Source: a virus
Lineage: Duplodnaviria; Caudoviricetes
Reading direction: 5' to 3' (one strand)
Length of the DNA: 37,036 nt
IMG/VR virus record: IMGVR_UViG_3300020727_000041
Location: 1 to 37,036 of that record
Each line of letters opens with the position of its first letter. Positions within the stretch are counted from its first letter, which is position 1. Positions 10,680 to 20,411 of this stretch are shown piece after piece. A program made the position numbers and the translations under genes. The notes below the pieces were generated by a model. That model saw nothing but the letters and a program-made list of their open reading frames with translations, was not told the origin of the DNA and did no database searches.

Positions 10680-11165
10680 TTAGTTGCCTCTAAAGCGCTG
10701 GCTTGGTAGGCCTGTTAATGCATTAAGTTCATCAAGTGACTTAGCACCCGCAATCTTCGCAGCCAGGTCCTGGTCACGAGTTGGGGTTGTTGCATTTTGT
10801 GTAGCAGCGTTGATGCGCTGATACGACGCTACGTTTGCTTGCTGTTCTTGTGAGGCTTGAGCAGCCTGTTCCGCTGGCTTAACACCAAAAATATCTGCAT
10901 TCTCGGCAAGCCAAGCATCAATCTGCTCTGGCGTTGATACGTCGCCTGGTACAAATTTGGCGACCTTATCTGGTACGCCTTTCTGTGCCAATACTTCCTT
11001 GACTGAGCGTGAGCGCAAGTCGGATTGGATAGCGGCCAATTGTTCCGCTAACTCCTTCTTTTCTTTCTCTGCTCGCTTCAATGCCTTGCGAAGATTCGCA
11101 GGACCATTTGCATCTTGAGTCTCTTCGATATCATCGAAGTCGTCATCTTCATATTGGTTTGCCAT
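10680..11165 (-). CDS. capsid scaffolding protein
   Basis: Start moved to ATG 11165 (AAGGGAG RBS); acidic N-terminus, coiled coil, directly upstream of the capsid gene. Confidence 0.8.
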   Translation of the reverse strand: MANQYEDDDFDDIEETQDANGPANLRKALKRAEKEKKELAEQLAAIQSDLRSRSVKEVLAQKGVPDKVAKFVPGDVSTPEQIDAWLAENADIFGVKPAEQAAQASQEQQANVASYQRINAATQNATTPTRDQDLAAKIAGAKSLDELNALTGLPSQRFRGN

Positions 11166-11290
11166 GTGGCACTCCCTTTTCGTTAGTTGTGACGCAGGCC
11201 GCAAAGTTTCCCAGGGGAAGGAAGTTTGGCTCCTGCTACCAGTCAGTGGTACGCACAACGGATGCTGGTCAGTCCGTGTGGAATCTAGTT
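11166..11290 (-). ncRNA. candidate structured cis-regulatory RNA leader of the scaffold/capsid genes
   Basis: Hairpin CACACGGA/TCCGTTGTG, loop ACCAG complementary to downstream CTGGT, and a GCAGG/CCTGC stem enclosing TTCC-CCTG-GGAA. Confidence 0.55.
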
Positions 11291-11291
11291 A

Positions 11292-12593
11292 TTACGAAAT
11301 GCCTTCTTCACTACCCATGAGGCTTCCCTTGCTTACGCCAGAGGAGCCGCCAAATGGGTTTGCTGCTGCGGCCTTGAGGCGGTCAAGTTCTTGTTGAGAC
11401 TGAACTGCGCCAGTGGTGCCAAAGGTTGCTGCCTGAAGAGCGCTGCCTACTGAACCAGCCTGTAGATATGCTGGGTTGGCTGAGGCTACAGACTGAAGTG
11501 CAGCCTGTTGCTGAGCAATATTCTGGAAGCCTTGTGCTGCCTGGGCTTGAGTGATGCCAAGTGCAGTCAATTGCTCGCCATAAGATTGATTAATGTTTGC
11601 GCCATAGCGTGATGCTTCAGCACCAATCTGAGCAGTTGAAATCTGTTTCTCGATAATTGGTGTAGCAATGCTTGGGTCAAGAACGTGGGCAATCATGTCG
11701 CCTTGAGTCAAGCCATAGAAAGCCTGAAGTTGCTGAGTGACAGCAGGGTCAGTATTTTCGATAACCTGCTTGGCTGTATTAGCACGGCTGTTCAACTCGG
11801 TAGGACTAATATCGTTTGTAAGCAACTTGGTGAAAACATCTTTGTTAGTTGCAAAGTTATTATTCAAACCGTATGAACCGAGGACCTGTGCGTACGAACG
11901 CTCAGTAGCAATATATTCTGATGGGCTGAGGACTGGAAGCCCTGCAGCCATACGAGCAGCATTTGCTGGGAAGCGTTGCTGGAATGCTACAGCAAGTGGG
12001 TTAGTGCTTTTTGGGTCCTGAGCCATTAACTGAATAGTGTCGGCTGTGTAGCCCTGCTTAACAAGGTCAGTTACTGCACTAGCAATATCTGCACCTAGAC
12101 CCATGTCAGTAAATGTCTGAGTTAGGAATGTAATTGCGTTTTGCTGAGAGGCTGCGGCAGCCGCTTGAGCCTGAGCGGTTTGTGCTGCGGTAGCGGCAGC
12201 CGCTGCATTTGCAGCGTTTGTAGCAGCATCAATTGCTGCCTGCTCTTGAGCAGTTAGCCCGCCAGTTATGCCAGTAGTTATTGGAGTTTGTGGTGCTGGC
12301 TGGACAACCATGCCATTGGCAGCCACGATGCCACCAACCTGTTTTGCTGTTGCTATGGCATTTGCTGCTGCATCTGCTTGCGCTTGTTTTGCTGCAGTAA
12401 CATCAGCAGTGCTTTTGATTGCGGCAACAGCGGCTTGCTCCTGAGGTGTTACTGGAGCGGCAGTAGCACGAAGTTTGTCAGCAAGGCTTTGAAGGCTAGC
12501 AGCAGTAGGCAATGTTGCTGCTGGCTTAGCAGCAGGCTTCGGTGCAGCGGCAGGCTTAGGCGCTGGAGTAGTAACTTTCTTTGTTGTTGCCAT
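11292..12593 (-). CDS. probable internal virion (ejection) protein
   Basis: Start moved to ATG 12593 (TAATG overlap); 433 aa, Ala/Gln-rich helical, PAAK-type N-terminus. Confidence 0.7.
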   Translation of the reverse strand: MATTKKVTTPAPKPAAAPKPAAKPAATLPTAASLQSLADKLRATAAPVTPQEQAAVAAIKSTADVTAAKQAQADAAANAIATAKQVGGIVAANGMVVQPAPQTPITTGITGGLTAQEQAAIDAATNAANAAAAATAAQTAQAQAAAAASQQNAITFLTQTFTDMGLGADIASAVTDLVKQGYTADTIQLMAQDPKSTNPLAVAFQQRFPANAARMAAGLPVLSPSEYIATERSYAQVLGSYGLNNNFATNKDVFTKLLTNDISPTELNSRANTAKQVIENTDPAVTQQLQAFYGLTQGDMIAHVLDPSIATPIIEKQISTAQIGAEASRYGANINQSYGEQLTALGITQAQAAQGFQNIAQQQAALQSVASANPAYLQAGSVGSALQAATFGTTGAVQSQQELDRLKAAAANPFGGSSGVSKGSLMGSEEGIS

Positions 12594-13498
12594 TAGGACA
12601 TCAACCCCCATTGACGAAGAATGGTGCTACCTACATTGCTTAGGCTATCCATTGCATCCTTACTTGTTGCCCATCTTGGGTCCTGACGTACTTGCTTTTC
12701 AAACTCCCAAAGCGGCATACCTGCTGGCTGAGTTGGGTCATTTCCTTGCAAACCTTTTTTGAGAAGGTTGTCGCTCAAAGTGATTGACGCTGGGTCAATG
12801 CCAAGAATCTGTGAGTAAGCAGTGATGTATGGAGATGCGATTTGCTTCATAGTCAAACCAGCATCAATTTGGTTGGACCAAGCAGGAAATGCGCTTTTAG
12901 CATTAGCCTTGATTTGGTCAGTCCAGTACTGCTCTGTTGTAGTTCCTTCAGCAACTGATTGTGCTGCCTGGTTAACCCAGTCTTGGTTAAAGTTACCGCT
13001 ATAATCAGCATTTGCTGTAGCAATGTTTTGCTTAGCATTTGATGCAATACCACCCTGGATGGTAGTTACATATGGCTTGCCAGTTGAGTCAGTGCCACGG
13101 AAAAGTTCTAGTGTTGCAGGAGATGTAGGGGTAAGCCCTAAGTCATAAGCCTTCTGAGCAATAGCGGTAAGGTTTGCATCGCTAATCTGCAAGCCTTTAG
13201 CGATTGCTTCCTGGCGAAGTGCTGGCAACCAAGCGGTTTGAATTTCACGTTGGTATACACCAGGCTGATTAATCTTTGTATTCTCATTAGAGAAAATTGT
13301 AGGACTTGTATTTGCGTAAAACTCTGTATTGTAAAGAGCGTTAGTCGCAGCGGCGTAATCGCCCTTGAGGTATAAGTCACGTACTGATGCTAGTTCTGGG
13401 TGTGCTGCAATCATTGCTTCCGTAATGGAAACAATCATTGGGTCCCCGCCTGCGGCGGCTACCTGTGTAGCGGAAGTATCTGTAGTTGTATCAGCCAT
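12593..13498 (-). CDS. probable internal virion protein
   Basis: 301 aa helical; LWEFEKQVRQDPRW motif; within the structural operon. Confidence 0.7.
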   Translation of the reverse strand: MADTTTDTSATQVAAAGGDPMIVSITEAMIAAHPELASVRDLYLKGDYAAATNALYNTEFYANTSPTIFSNENTKINQPGVYQREIQTAWLPALRQEAIAKGLQISDANLTAIAQKAYDLGLTPTSPATLELFRGTDSTGKPYVTTIQGGIASNAKQNIATANADYSGNFNQDWVNQAAQSVAEGTTTEQYWTDQIKANAKSAFPAWSNQIDAGLTMKQIASPYITAYSQILGIDPASITLSDNLLKKGLQGNDPTQPAGMPLWEFEKQVRQDPRWATSKDAMDSLSNVGSTILRQWGLMS

Positions 13499-14240
13499 TT
13501 GTCAACCCCGTCGTCGCTTGTGTTCCGCCACGCATAGCGGTGTCTAGCCATGTAGCAAATCCAAGATTCTGCTCACGCTGGCGTTCTGGTTGGTACTGTG
13601 AAGATGTAAGCAATTGCTGTTGAGCAATCTGCTCTGGAGTCAAGTCTGGGCTTGATGTAGTTGTTGCTCCGCCTTGGCCATAAACTGTTTGATTGATACT
13701 TCCAGGTTGCTTATTGGCAGCGGTAATAATTGAGTTAACTTCATCCTGGGTTGCAAGACGGCCAATCAACTTTACATATGTATTGTTAATTGCTGCTGTC
13801 TGAGCCTCTGGGGTATATGACTCTTTGGTTGTAGTTGTATAAGTTGTAGGCTTATTGCTTTGCTGTTCCTGAAGAATCTGCCAAGGAGTCTTAAGTTGAC
13901 CTGCTGCGTATGACTGAGCAGATGCATCGACGAGTTGTCCCCAAACAGTTTTTGCTTGAGACACTTTCATACCGCTTGCAGCGGTAAAGTCCATTACCTG
14001 GTTACGCTCATCAGGCGTCAGGTTAAGCCACATCTGCTTAGCCTGGGTAGAAAGAATTTTCTTTCCATTAATATAGGCATATGACTTAACAGCCTTACTT
14101 GCTGTTGGTGTCAGACCAGACAAAGATGCTTTAGGGTCAAAGCCAGGTATTGCTCCTGGCGTAGTTGTACCTGTTGTTGCACCGATTTGTGGCGCATTTC
14201 CGCTAACCTTAAATGGAAGTTTTGAGCCTGGTGTACCCAT
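13491..14240 (-). CDS. probable internal virion protein
   Basis: 249 aa, Thr/Gln-rich, LIGRLATQDE motif; coupled overlaps. Confidence 0.7.
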   Translation of the reverse strand: MGTPGSKLPFKVSGNAPQIGATTGTTTPGAIPGFDPKASLSGLTPTASKAVKSYAYINGKKILSTQAKQMWLNLTPDERNQVMDFTAASGMKVSQAKTVWGQLVDASAQSYAAGQLKTPWQILQEQQSNKPTTYTTTTKESYTPEAQTAAINNTYVKLIGRLATQDEVNSIITAANKQPGSINQTVYGQGGATTTSSPDLTPEQIAQQQLLTSSQYQPERQREQNLGFATWLDTAMRGGTQATTGLTNG

Positions 14241-17200
14241 TACATTGTTCCTTTCAGGCTATCGTTTACAAAGTATCTATCAATGATTTCCTGAAGTTGT
14301 GGGTTCCACAATCCAGAAGTGTCATTTTGTAGGTATGAAATCCATGCTTGCTTGAGTGCAGTTGTTGCCTTAGCAGCCTTAACTTCTGGGCTATTAAGCG
14401 CTTCAACTACCTTATTGCGTTGAGCAATAAATGTCTTGGCTTGCTGCCAGAAATCATTAGAACCATTTTTATCCATAAACTTTTGGTTGCTAATAATGTC
14501 TTGCAATCCTTTTGCCATGGTGTATGAATTGTCGCCATTGGCTGATTTCTGATATTCATTCCACCACTCTGGGCTGTACTTAGACAACTGAGCAAGGCGG
14601 GCATCCCAGGCTGCTTTAACCTGTGGGTAGTCTGCAATGCGAGCCTTTGGATTTTTTGTTTGCTGACGAAGTTCATCAAGCAAGTTCTGCTTATCATTAC
14701 GATAGGCATTCCACACACGGTTAATCTGAAGATTTGTTTCGTACTGCTCTGGTGTTAAAGACTGGCCATTGAGGATAGTATTGCCAGGAAGTTTAGTGCC
14801 TGGGTTTGCAAGGAACTTCTGCACCTGTGGGTCTGGGTCCCCAGTGATATCTGCAGTAAGAAGCCCTACAGCCTTTGGGTCAAGTTGTTCTAGTTGCTTT
14901 GCAAGGTCAGTGTTGTTTTGCCATACGCGGGCGTAGCCCTCGACAGTTGGAGATATGAAGGCTGACTTCACACTACCGCGGTAAAGATAACGGTCTGCTG
15001 GGAATGCTGAGCCAAGTACTGACTGCATCTCAGACTGTGCCTTATTGGCATCTCCGTTATACTTCTTAAGAAGAAGTGTCGCATAATCCTGGAACAATTG
15101 TCCTGGCTTATCTTGCTTAGGAGCCATACCAAAAGGTGAAGCAAAGCGCCAAAGGGCACGCTCTCCGAACCAGTTCTTTGTTTCCTGCATAACTGACTGC
15201 ATGGTTGGCTTTGGACCAAGTTTCATTTCATATTTAGCCATCTGGTAATCATTAACCATGCGGTGGATTTGTAGGAAATCAGCGCTGGAATCATTACCCA
15301 TGAGGTACTTTTTAGCATCACTAAGCCATGTAGGAACAAAGTTAGAACCTACATTGGCGTCAACACCCATTGGGAATAGGCTGTTGTAATCCATGCCAGG
15401 AATGTGGCCAATTGTATTATCAATAAGTCCCTTGACAATTTGTGAATTGTCTGGGCGGAACTTAGTTAATTCACCAACAGCCATTGTAGTAAGCCATGAT
15501 GGACCAGGAAGGTTGGCTAGGAAGCCAACTGCTTTGGTGCTAAGGCGAATGCCTTGGCTACCAAATAGGCCCATTTCCTTTGTGCCAGGAATGACAATGT
15601 ATGCAGCATCGTCTACATTGGTAACTGGGTTTCCATCTTTATCTACGCCAAATGTTTGATACATGCTGTTGTAGTTACGAAGCAAACCAGCCATGCGTTC
15701 TGGGTATTTAATACCCAAACGACCAAAACGATAAAGGGAATTTGCTGATGCAGATGGAAATGCAGCGACAGTACGAGCAGCATAGAGTGCACGATTCTGA
15801 CGACGAATGTTATAGAAAACTTTGCTTGCTTCATCAAGCGCTTCACGGTATGAAGCCTGGCGTAAAGCATTCACAGAATCTGCTGTTAGCGGTACGCCTT
15901 GAGAATGAAGAATGTTGAGTTTCTTCTCGATAACAGTAGCAAATTTTTTATCAGCCCAAATCCAACGATATGGATTTTCAGCAGAAGCAAGATACTTCCA
16001 TGCGTGATTCATCGCATCTTGAATCTTTTCAGCACCAACCTGGACTTTGCCAAGTGTTGCTGCTGATGCGTAGTTAATATCTAATGGGTGAATTGGAGAC
16101 AAAACATCAGTCTTGTCAGCAAGAAACTTCTGTAAACCTACAGATGTAACGTCACCTTTTGTGGCATAAGCACGGGCTGCATCATCTGGCAAATAACGCT
16201 TAACAAAATTGATACGGTCATGGACAATTGACGTCATATCTGCTGGGGACTGAAGTCCAAACTGACGCATGTAGGCTACGCCTTCACGTGTCTTAGCCCA
16301 ATCATAAATAGCCTGGTCAGACTGGCCACTAAGAACTTTATCTACAAGCGGGTCCCCGCGCATTTGGCGGTTAACAACGTAAGCAAGTTCCTCAAAGTAG
16401 ATTGGGTTATTTACATCAACAACGCCAGTTGGACCCTTACGAGCAAGTAATCCTACCTTTGAGCCAGTGCGAAGTTCTCCCATGAAACTCAGTTCCTGGG
16501 TATCTTCGTTTGAGAATTCACTACGAAGTGCTTCACCAAACTTGTTTGGGTCAAAGAGAGATTCAACGGTAATGTTGCGTCCGCCAATATTAAGGACGTG
16601 TGGGTCCTTAGAACCATAGAAGCGTTGCTTGTTTGCTTCGCGTTGGGCAAGATAATCTGCCTGTTCTTTGACGGCTGTACCGCTTTTAGCGGCTACATTA
16701 TCAAGAACCTTCCAAGCCTTTTCAACTGCTAAGTTACGCTCAGCAATATCTGGAGAAAGCGTTGTGATGTTACCAATTGCTTTTTGAAGAAGAACCTTAG
16801 CAGAGTTGATTTCTGAACCATAGTTACCAGAAACTCCTGGTTGGCTACTAAGAAATTCAATACGACGCTTGAGGCCAGCAATTGAAGGAACACGCTCAAC
16901 AACGCCATAGTTTTTGGCAGCAATATCAACCTGTGCTTCAATGCGAGCAACAAGATTTTGCGCTTCTCTTAAATTAGCCTTGATTGTTTCAAGGTGCTCC
17001 GCCTTTGCAGCAGGAGAAAGTTTATCTGTATTAAGAGCGTCTTCATGCTCAGCAAGAACCGTATCAAGATGGTCAGTTGCCTCAGCATAACGGTTAAATA
17101 CGTTATCTAATTCTTGGTTAACTGCCTTGAGTTTTGTTGTGCCAAGTTTGTCGCCAATTCGCATTGATGCGGTAATGATGCGATTCTTGTTATTCTTAAT

Positions 17201-19216
17201 AAAGTTAGATGCAGATGTGCCAATTGTATCTTCTGCGTACTTTGTACCCATTGACAAGAATGATGCCGTCAATGGTTCGATGATGCTGTTCTTTGGAATG
17301 TAAGCAGGACGGCCAAGTACACTCATTGAGAATAACTTATTCATTCCTTCAAATGCGCTATGAGCAACACCAGGAGCAGCCTGGGTAAGTGTTCCAAATG
17401 TCTGCTTCTGCGTAAGCATATCCCGTTCAATTTTGCCCCATGGCAGCATTGGAATAGAGTCTGCTAATTGACGCTGGGTCTGTGGGTCAACAATGATACG
17501 GTGTCCAGCGGCATCAAAAGCAAAGCCATCACGAGATAGGCTATTATGCGTTTGAATCATCTTATCGCGGGCTGCATTGACAAATGCCTGCATCTCATCT
17601 TTGTTATAAAAGCCAATAGTTCGACCAAGGTCAAAACCAAGTTGCTTGTCAAGCGCATCAATAACCGCAGCCTTTTCAGATGGTGTTGGTGCATCCATAA
17701 AGTCTTGGATTACTTTATTGCGGTAATCTGCTGCAGAAATTTTAATAGGAATAGTGTTTCCACTAACTTCTTCATAACCAATGTGAATTGGAGTATCACC
17801 TTTAGTGAATGTGCGGATGTCATCAAACATTGCATTGATTTCATCAACGCCATCCCAAGGACGAGCACCTGAAAATGTGATATATCCGCGTGGCTTAGAT
17901 GTTCCAACAAAACGAATAAGTTTTGTTACTGGACCCTTAAGGCCATTGCCAAGAATGGTTTCACTGGCTCCGCCAATACCGTTGAAGTCACGAGTTGTAG
18001 CAGCGGCCTTCAACTCATCAATGCGGGTATTTAACTTACCAATTGTATCGCCAAAGAACTTAGGGTCAACTGGCTTGTAAGCATTTCCAAGCATCTTCAT
18101 GTCTCCGCCAGGAGTCATAAAAGCATCATAAATTTCTTTGTGCGCTGGGCTTTCAGCAATTGCTGCATCAAATGCAGCCTTAGTGCGAGCAAGTGCATCG
18201 CCTTCAAATACTGGCAACTTTCCAGTTGCCGCTACGTTACCAGCAATAAATGAGTTGGTGTCATTAAGTGCCCACAAGTCATGCGGTGCTGTATTGCCAA
18301 GCGCTTCAATGGCTGGCATATAGCCCTTGTCAGCAAGAAGAAGATTCTTAACAACAGTTGGATTGCTTGCCTTTTGAATAAGCGCAGGCAATGCCTCATT
18401 GTTGGAATAGTCGCGTACCTTATTAACGATAAGGTTCATGTCCTTTGTATCAGCCAACTGCTGTACATCTGCGCCAAATACTGTAGGCGTACCCATCATT
18501 TGCTTAGACTGGACATGAACAATATGTGAGTCTGCAAGTGCATCTAACTTAGCAAGGTCGGCCTCTGAAGCAATTGAGGTTGTAAGATTTGTAGCCTTTA
18601 GCGCTCCACCTACTGCGCTTTTTGCAAGACCAGTTACCCCACCCATGGCAACATTGCTGAGGACAAAATCTCCAGCACCAGTAAACCATTTACCTACTGG
18701 ATTGTCAACAAAGTTTTTCTTGATGTCGGCATCATTCCAAAGGTTTACTTTTTGAAGATTTACTCCGCCATCTTTGAGAAGGTTATCTGCAAGTTGACCA
18801 AATGGACTATCTTGAAAGATGCTGCTTTTAGTTAAAGCCTGAAATGGTGATACTTTGGCAGAACGATTGTAAGCCTTCTGGATATCAGATAGTTGAAAAC
18901 CATCTTGATATAAAGGGCTATTAACGTCTGTCAACAATCCAAGTGTTGAAACTGGACGTGTTATAAATTTAGATGTTGCAGCGGCAACTGGCTTAGATGC
19001 AGCGAGTAGCAGGTCAGAAGAAGCCTGTGGAGCGGTTGGGACTCCAGCAGCGGCAATAGCCTGCTGCGCTTGACCTTGTAAAGCCTGTACGCTCTGAGGT
19101 GCCTGTGTACCTGCAACTTGTTGTGCTCCGATATTTGCGCCTGCCTGAGCAGCGCTGCCTACAAAGCCAGAGGCAATGCCTTTAATATCATTAAGAATAC
19201 TTGACCAGAGTGACAC
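14240..19216 (-). CDS. large internal virion / DNA ejection protein
   Basis: 1658 aa, mostly helical, no recognisable catalytic motif; size and context typical of podoviral core proteins; function inferred. Confidence 0.65.
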   Translation of the reverse strand: MSLWSSILNDIKGIASGFVGSAAQAGANIGAQQVAGTQAPQSVQALQGQAQQAIAAAGVPTAPQASSDLLLAASKPVAAATSKFITRPVSTLGLLTDVNSPLYQDGFQLSDIQKAYNRSAKVSPFQALTKSSIFQDSPFGQLADNLLKDGGVNLQKVNLWNDADIKKNFVDNPVGKWFTGAGDFVLSNVAMGGVTGLAKSAVGGALKATNLTTSIASEADLAKLDALADSHIVHVQSKQMMGTPTVFGADVQQLADTKDMNLIVNKVRDYSNNEALPALIQKASNPTVVKNLLLADKGYMPAIEALGNTAPHDLWALNDTNSFIAGNVAATGKLPVFEGDALARTKAAFDAAIAESPAHKEIYDAFMTPGGDMKMLGNAYKPVDPKFFGDTIGKLNTRIDELKAAATTRDFNGIGGASETILGNGLKGPVTKLIRFVGTSKPRGYITFSGARPWDGVDEINAMFDDIRTFTKGDTPIHIGYEEVSGNTIPIKISAADYRNKVIQDFMDAPTPSEKAAVIDALDKQLGFDLGRTIGFYNKDEMQAFVNAARDKMIQTHNSLSRDGFAFDAAGHRIIVDPQTQRQLADSIPMLPWGKIERDMLTQKQTFGTLTQAAPGVAHSAFEGMNKLFSMSVLGRPAYIPKNSIIEPLTASFLSMGTKYAEDTIGTSASNFIKNNKNRIITASMRIGDKLGTTKLKAVNQELDNVFNRYAEATDHLDTVLAEHEDALNTDKLSPAAKAEHLETIKANLREAQNLVARIEAQVDIAAKNYGVVERVPSIAGLKRRIEFLSSQPGVSGNYGSEINSAKVLLQKAIGNITTLSPDIAERNLAVEKAWKVLDNVAAKSGTAVKEQADYLAQREANKQRFYGSKDPHVLNIGGRNITVESLFDPNKFGEALRSEFSNEDTQELSFMGELRTGSKVGLLARKGPTGVVDVNNPIYFEELAYVVNRQMRGDPLVDKVLSGQSDQAIYDWAKTREGVAYMRQFGLQSPADMTSIVHDRINFVKRYLPDDAARAYATKGDVTSVGLQKFLADKTDVLSPIHPLDINYASAATLGKVQVGAEKIQDAMNHAWKYLASAENPYRWIWADKKFATVIEKKLNILHSQGVPLTADSVNALRQASYREALDEASKVFYNIRRQNRALYAARTVAAFPSASANSLYRFGRLGIKYPERMAGLLRNYNSMYQTFGVDKDGNPVTNVDDAAYIVIPGTKEMGLFGSQGIRLSTKAVGFLANLPGPSWLTTMAVGELTKFRPDNSQIVKGLIDNTIGHIPGMDYNSLFPMGVDANVGSNFVPTWLSDAKKYLMGNDSSADFLQIHRMVNDYQMAKYEMKLGPKPTMQSVMQETKNWFGERALWRFASPFGMAPKQDKPGQLFQDYATLLLKKYNGDANKAQSEMQSVLGSAFPADRYLYRGSVKSAFISPTVEGYARVWQNNTDLAKQLEQLDPKAVGLLTADITGDPDPQVQKFLANPGTKLPGNTILNGQSLTPEQYETNLQINRVWNAYRNDKQNLLDELRQQTKNPKARIADYPQVKAAWDARLAQLSKYSPEWWNEYQKSANGDNSYTMAKGLQDIISNQKFMDKNGSNDFWQQAKTFIAQRNKVVEALNSPEVKAAKATTALKQAWISYLQNDTSGLWNPQLQEIIDRYFVNDSLKGTM

Positions 19217-19434
19217 TACTTAGTACCACCCTTCTTCATAATATTAGAAAATAAATTACCTTCACCACCTGCAGGGTCTGTGTCGGTAAGTGCGCGAATG
19301 AATGCGTCTCTGTCATCTGTGGATTGCCAAGGCACCATAGCAAGAGGAATTACCACTCCTGCATTCTCATAACCAAGGCTATTAGCAAACTTGTCAATGT
19401 TGTCGAAGATTGTGCCTTCTTGCCATTGCTGCAT
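19216..19434 (-). CDS. hypothetical protein
   Basis: 72 aa, single-base overlaps with both neighbours. Confidence 0.7.
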   Translation of the reverse strand: MQQWQEGTIFDNIDKFANSLGYENAGVVIPLAMVPWQSTDDRDAFIRALTDTDPAGGEGNLFSNIMKKGGTK

Positions 19435-19937
19435 TATTGTGCCTGCTTAGTTAAATAATTAACAAACTTTCTGTATGAATCTGGTACACCAGGAATGTTT
19501 GTTGCAGCCTGAAGGTCTGGTAAGTAACGTGCAACCAATGCAGTAACTTCTTGCTGACGCTGGTCAGTTGGCTTTGGAAGAATAAGTGCTGAAGAATCAG
19601 CACCTGGTCCTGCATCAGCACCGTGGGTGACAGGCTGTCCAGGCATTTGAGATGGTACGTCAAGTGGCGTTGCTTGTGGGCCTTGTGCAGGTTGTGGCAT
19701 TGCAGACTGTCCGCCTGCTTGTGCCGCTGCTGCGATAGCAGCCTGAGGCATTGGCTTGGCAGACTGGCCTTGCGCCATAGGCGCTGATGCTTGTAGGTTT
19801 GCCAATTCTTGCCCATCTCCGTAGTTAGGCATACCAGAGATATACCGTTGTGCTTGCTTTGATGCGGGTCCGCCATCGGTTCTGCGCGATAGTGCGCCAG
19901 GGCCTGACGTCATTGCTGGCTTATTTGCCTGTGGCAT
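19434..19937 (-). CDS. hypothetical Pro/Gln/Ala-rich virion protein
   Basis: 167 aa; SGPGALSRRTDGGP motif; GAGGGAG RBS. Confidence 0.75.
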   Translation of the reverse strand: MPQANKPAMTSGPGALSRRTDGGPASKQAQRYISGMPNYGDGQELANLQASAPMAQGQSAKPMPQAAIAAAAQAGGQSAMPQPAQGPQATPLDVPSQMPGQPVTHGADAGPGADSSALILPKPTDQRQQEVTALVARYLPDLQAATNIPGVPDSYRKFVNYLTKQAQ

Positions 19938-19939
19938 GA

Positions 19940-20158
19940 CTACTCTCCCTCTTTAAGTGTCTCAATGGTGCGGGCGGCATACTCGTGGAAAGTCTGTTGC
20001 TCCTCCACAAGATTAGCGTGTGTCTGAAGCATTTGGCTTCCAACCTTCAGACCATCTGCAATATCGTTAATGATGTTTGCAGTTACTTCAACGATAAGGG
20101 CAAGAACATCGAACTTGGTTACCCTTGTTGCTGCCTCGCCCTCGTCGTCTAAATGCAT
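19940..20158 (-). CDS. hypothetical acidic helical protein
   Basis: 72 aa, tightly packed in the operon. Confidence 0.7.
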   Translation of the reverse strand: MHLDDEGEAATRVTKFDVLALIVEVTANIINDIADGLKVGSQMLQTHANLVEEQQTFHEYAARTIETLKEGE

Positions 20159-20160
20159 TG

Positions 20161-20367
20161 TTACTTCATTGGCTTTCCAGCAGTTGTACCAGTTCCCTTG
20201 GTACCTGATGGCTGCTTTGTGTAAACGATGTTAGATGCGCCTGTCTTGGCTGGGCCAGACTTAGGCTGAATCTTTGTCTTTTGTGTTACTGCATCAGATG
20301 AACCATGTCCACCCTGATTTTTTGGTGCAGGAACCTTTGTAGTCAATGATGACTTCATTGTTGCCAT
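20161..20367 (-). CDS. small basic Lys/Thr/Gly-rich protein
   Basis: 68 aa, AGGAG RBS, follows the portal gene. Confidence 0.7.
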   Translation of the reverse strand: MATMKSSLTTKVPAPKNQGGHGSSDAVTQKTKIQPKSGPAKTGASNIVYTKQPSGTKGTGTTAGKPMK

Positions 20368-20411
20368 TTTGTATCTCCTATAGGTTTGTTTGAGTGACAG
20401 CCAAAACGCGT

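Noticed and set aside
14240-19216. Tape measure protein or virion RNA polymerase
   Set aside because: No tape-measure periodicity, no upstream tail tube or chaperone genes, and no polymerase motifs recognised; not formally excluded without a profile search
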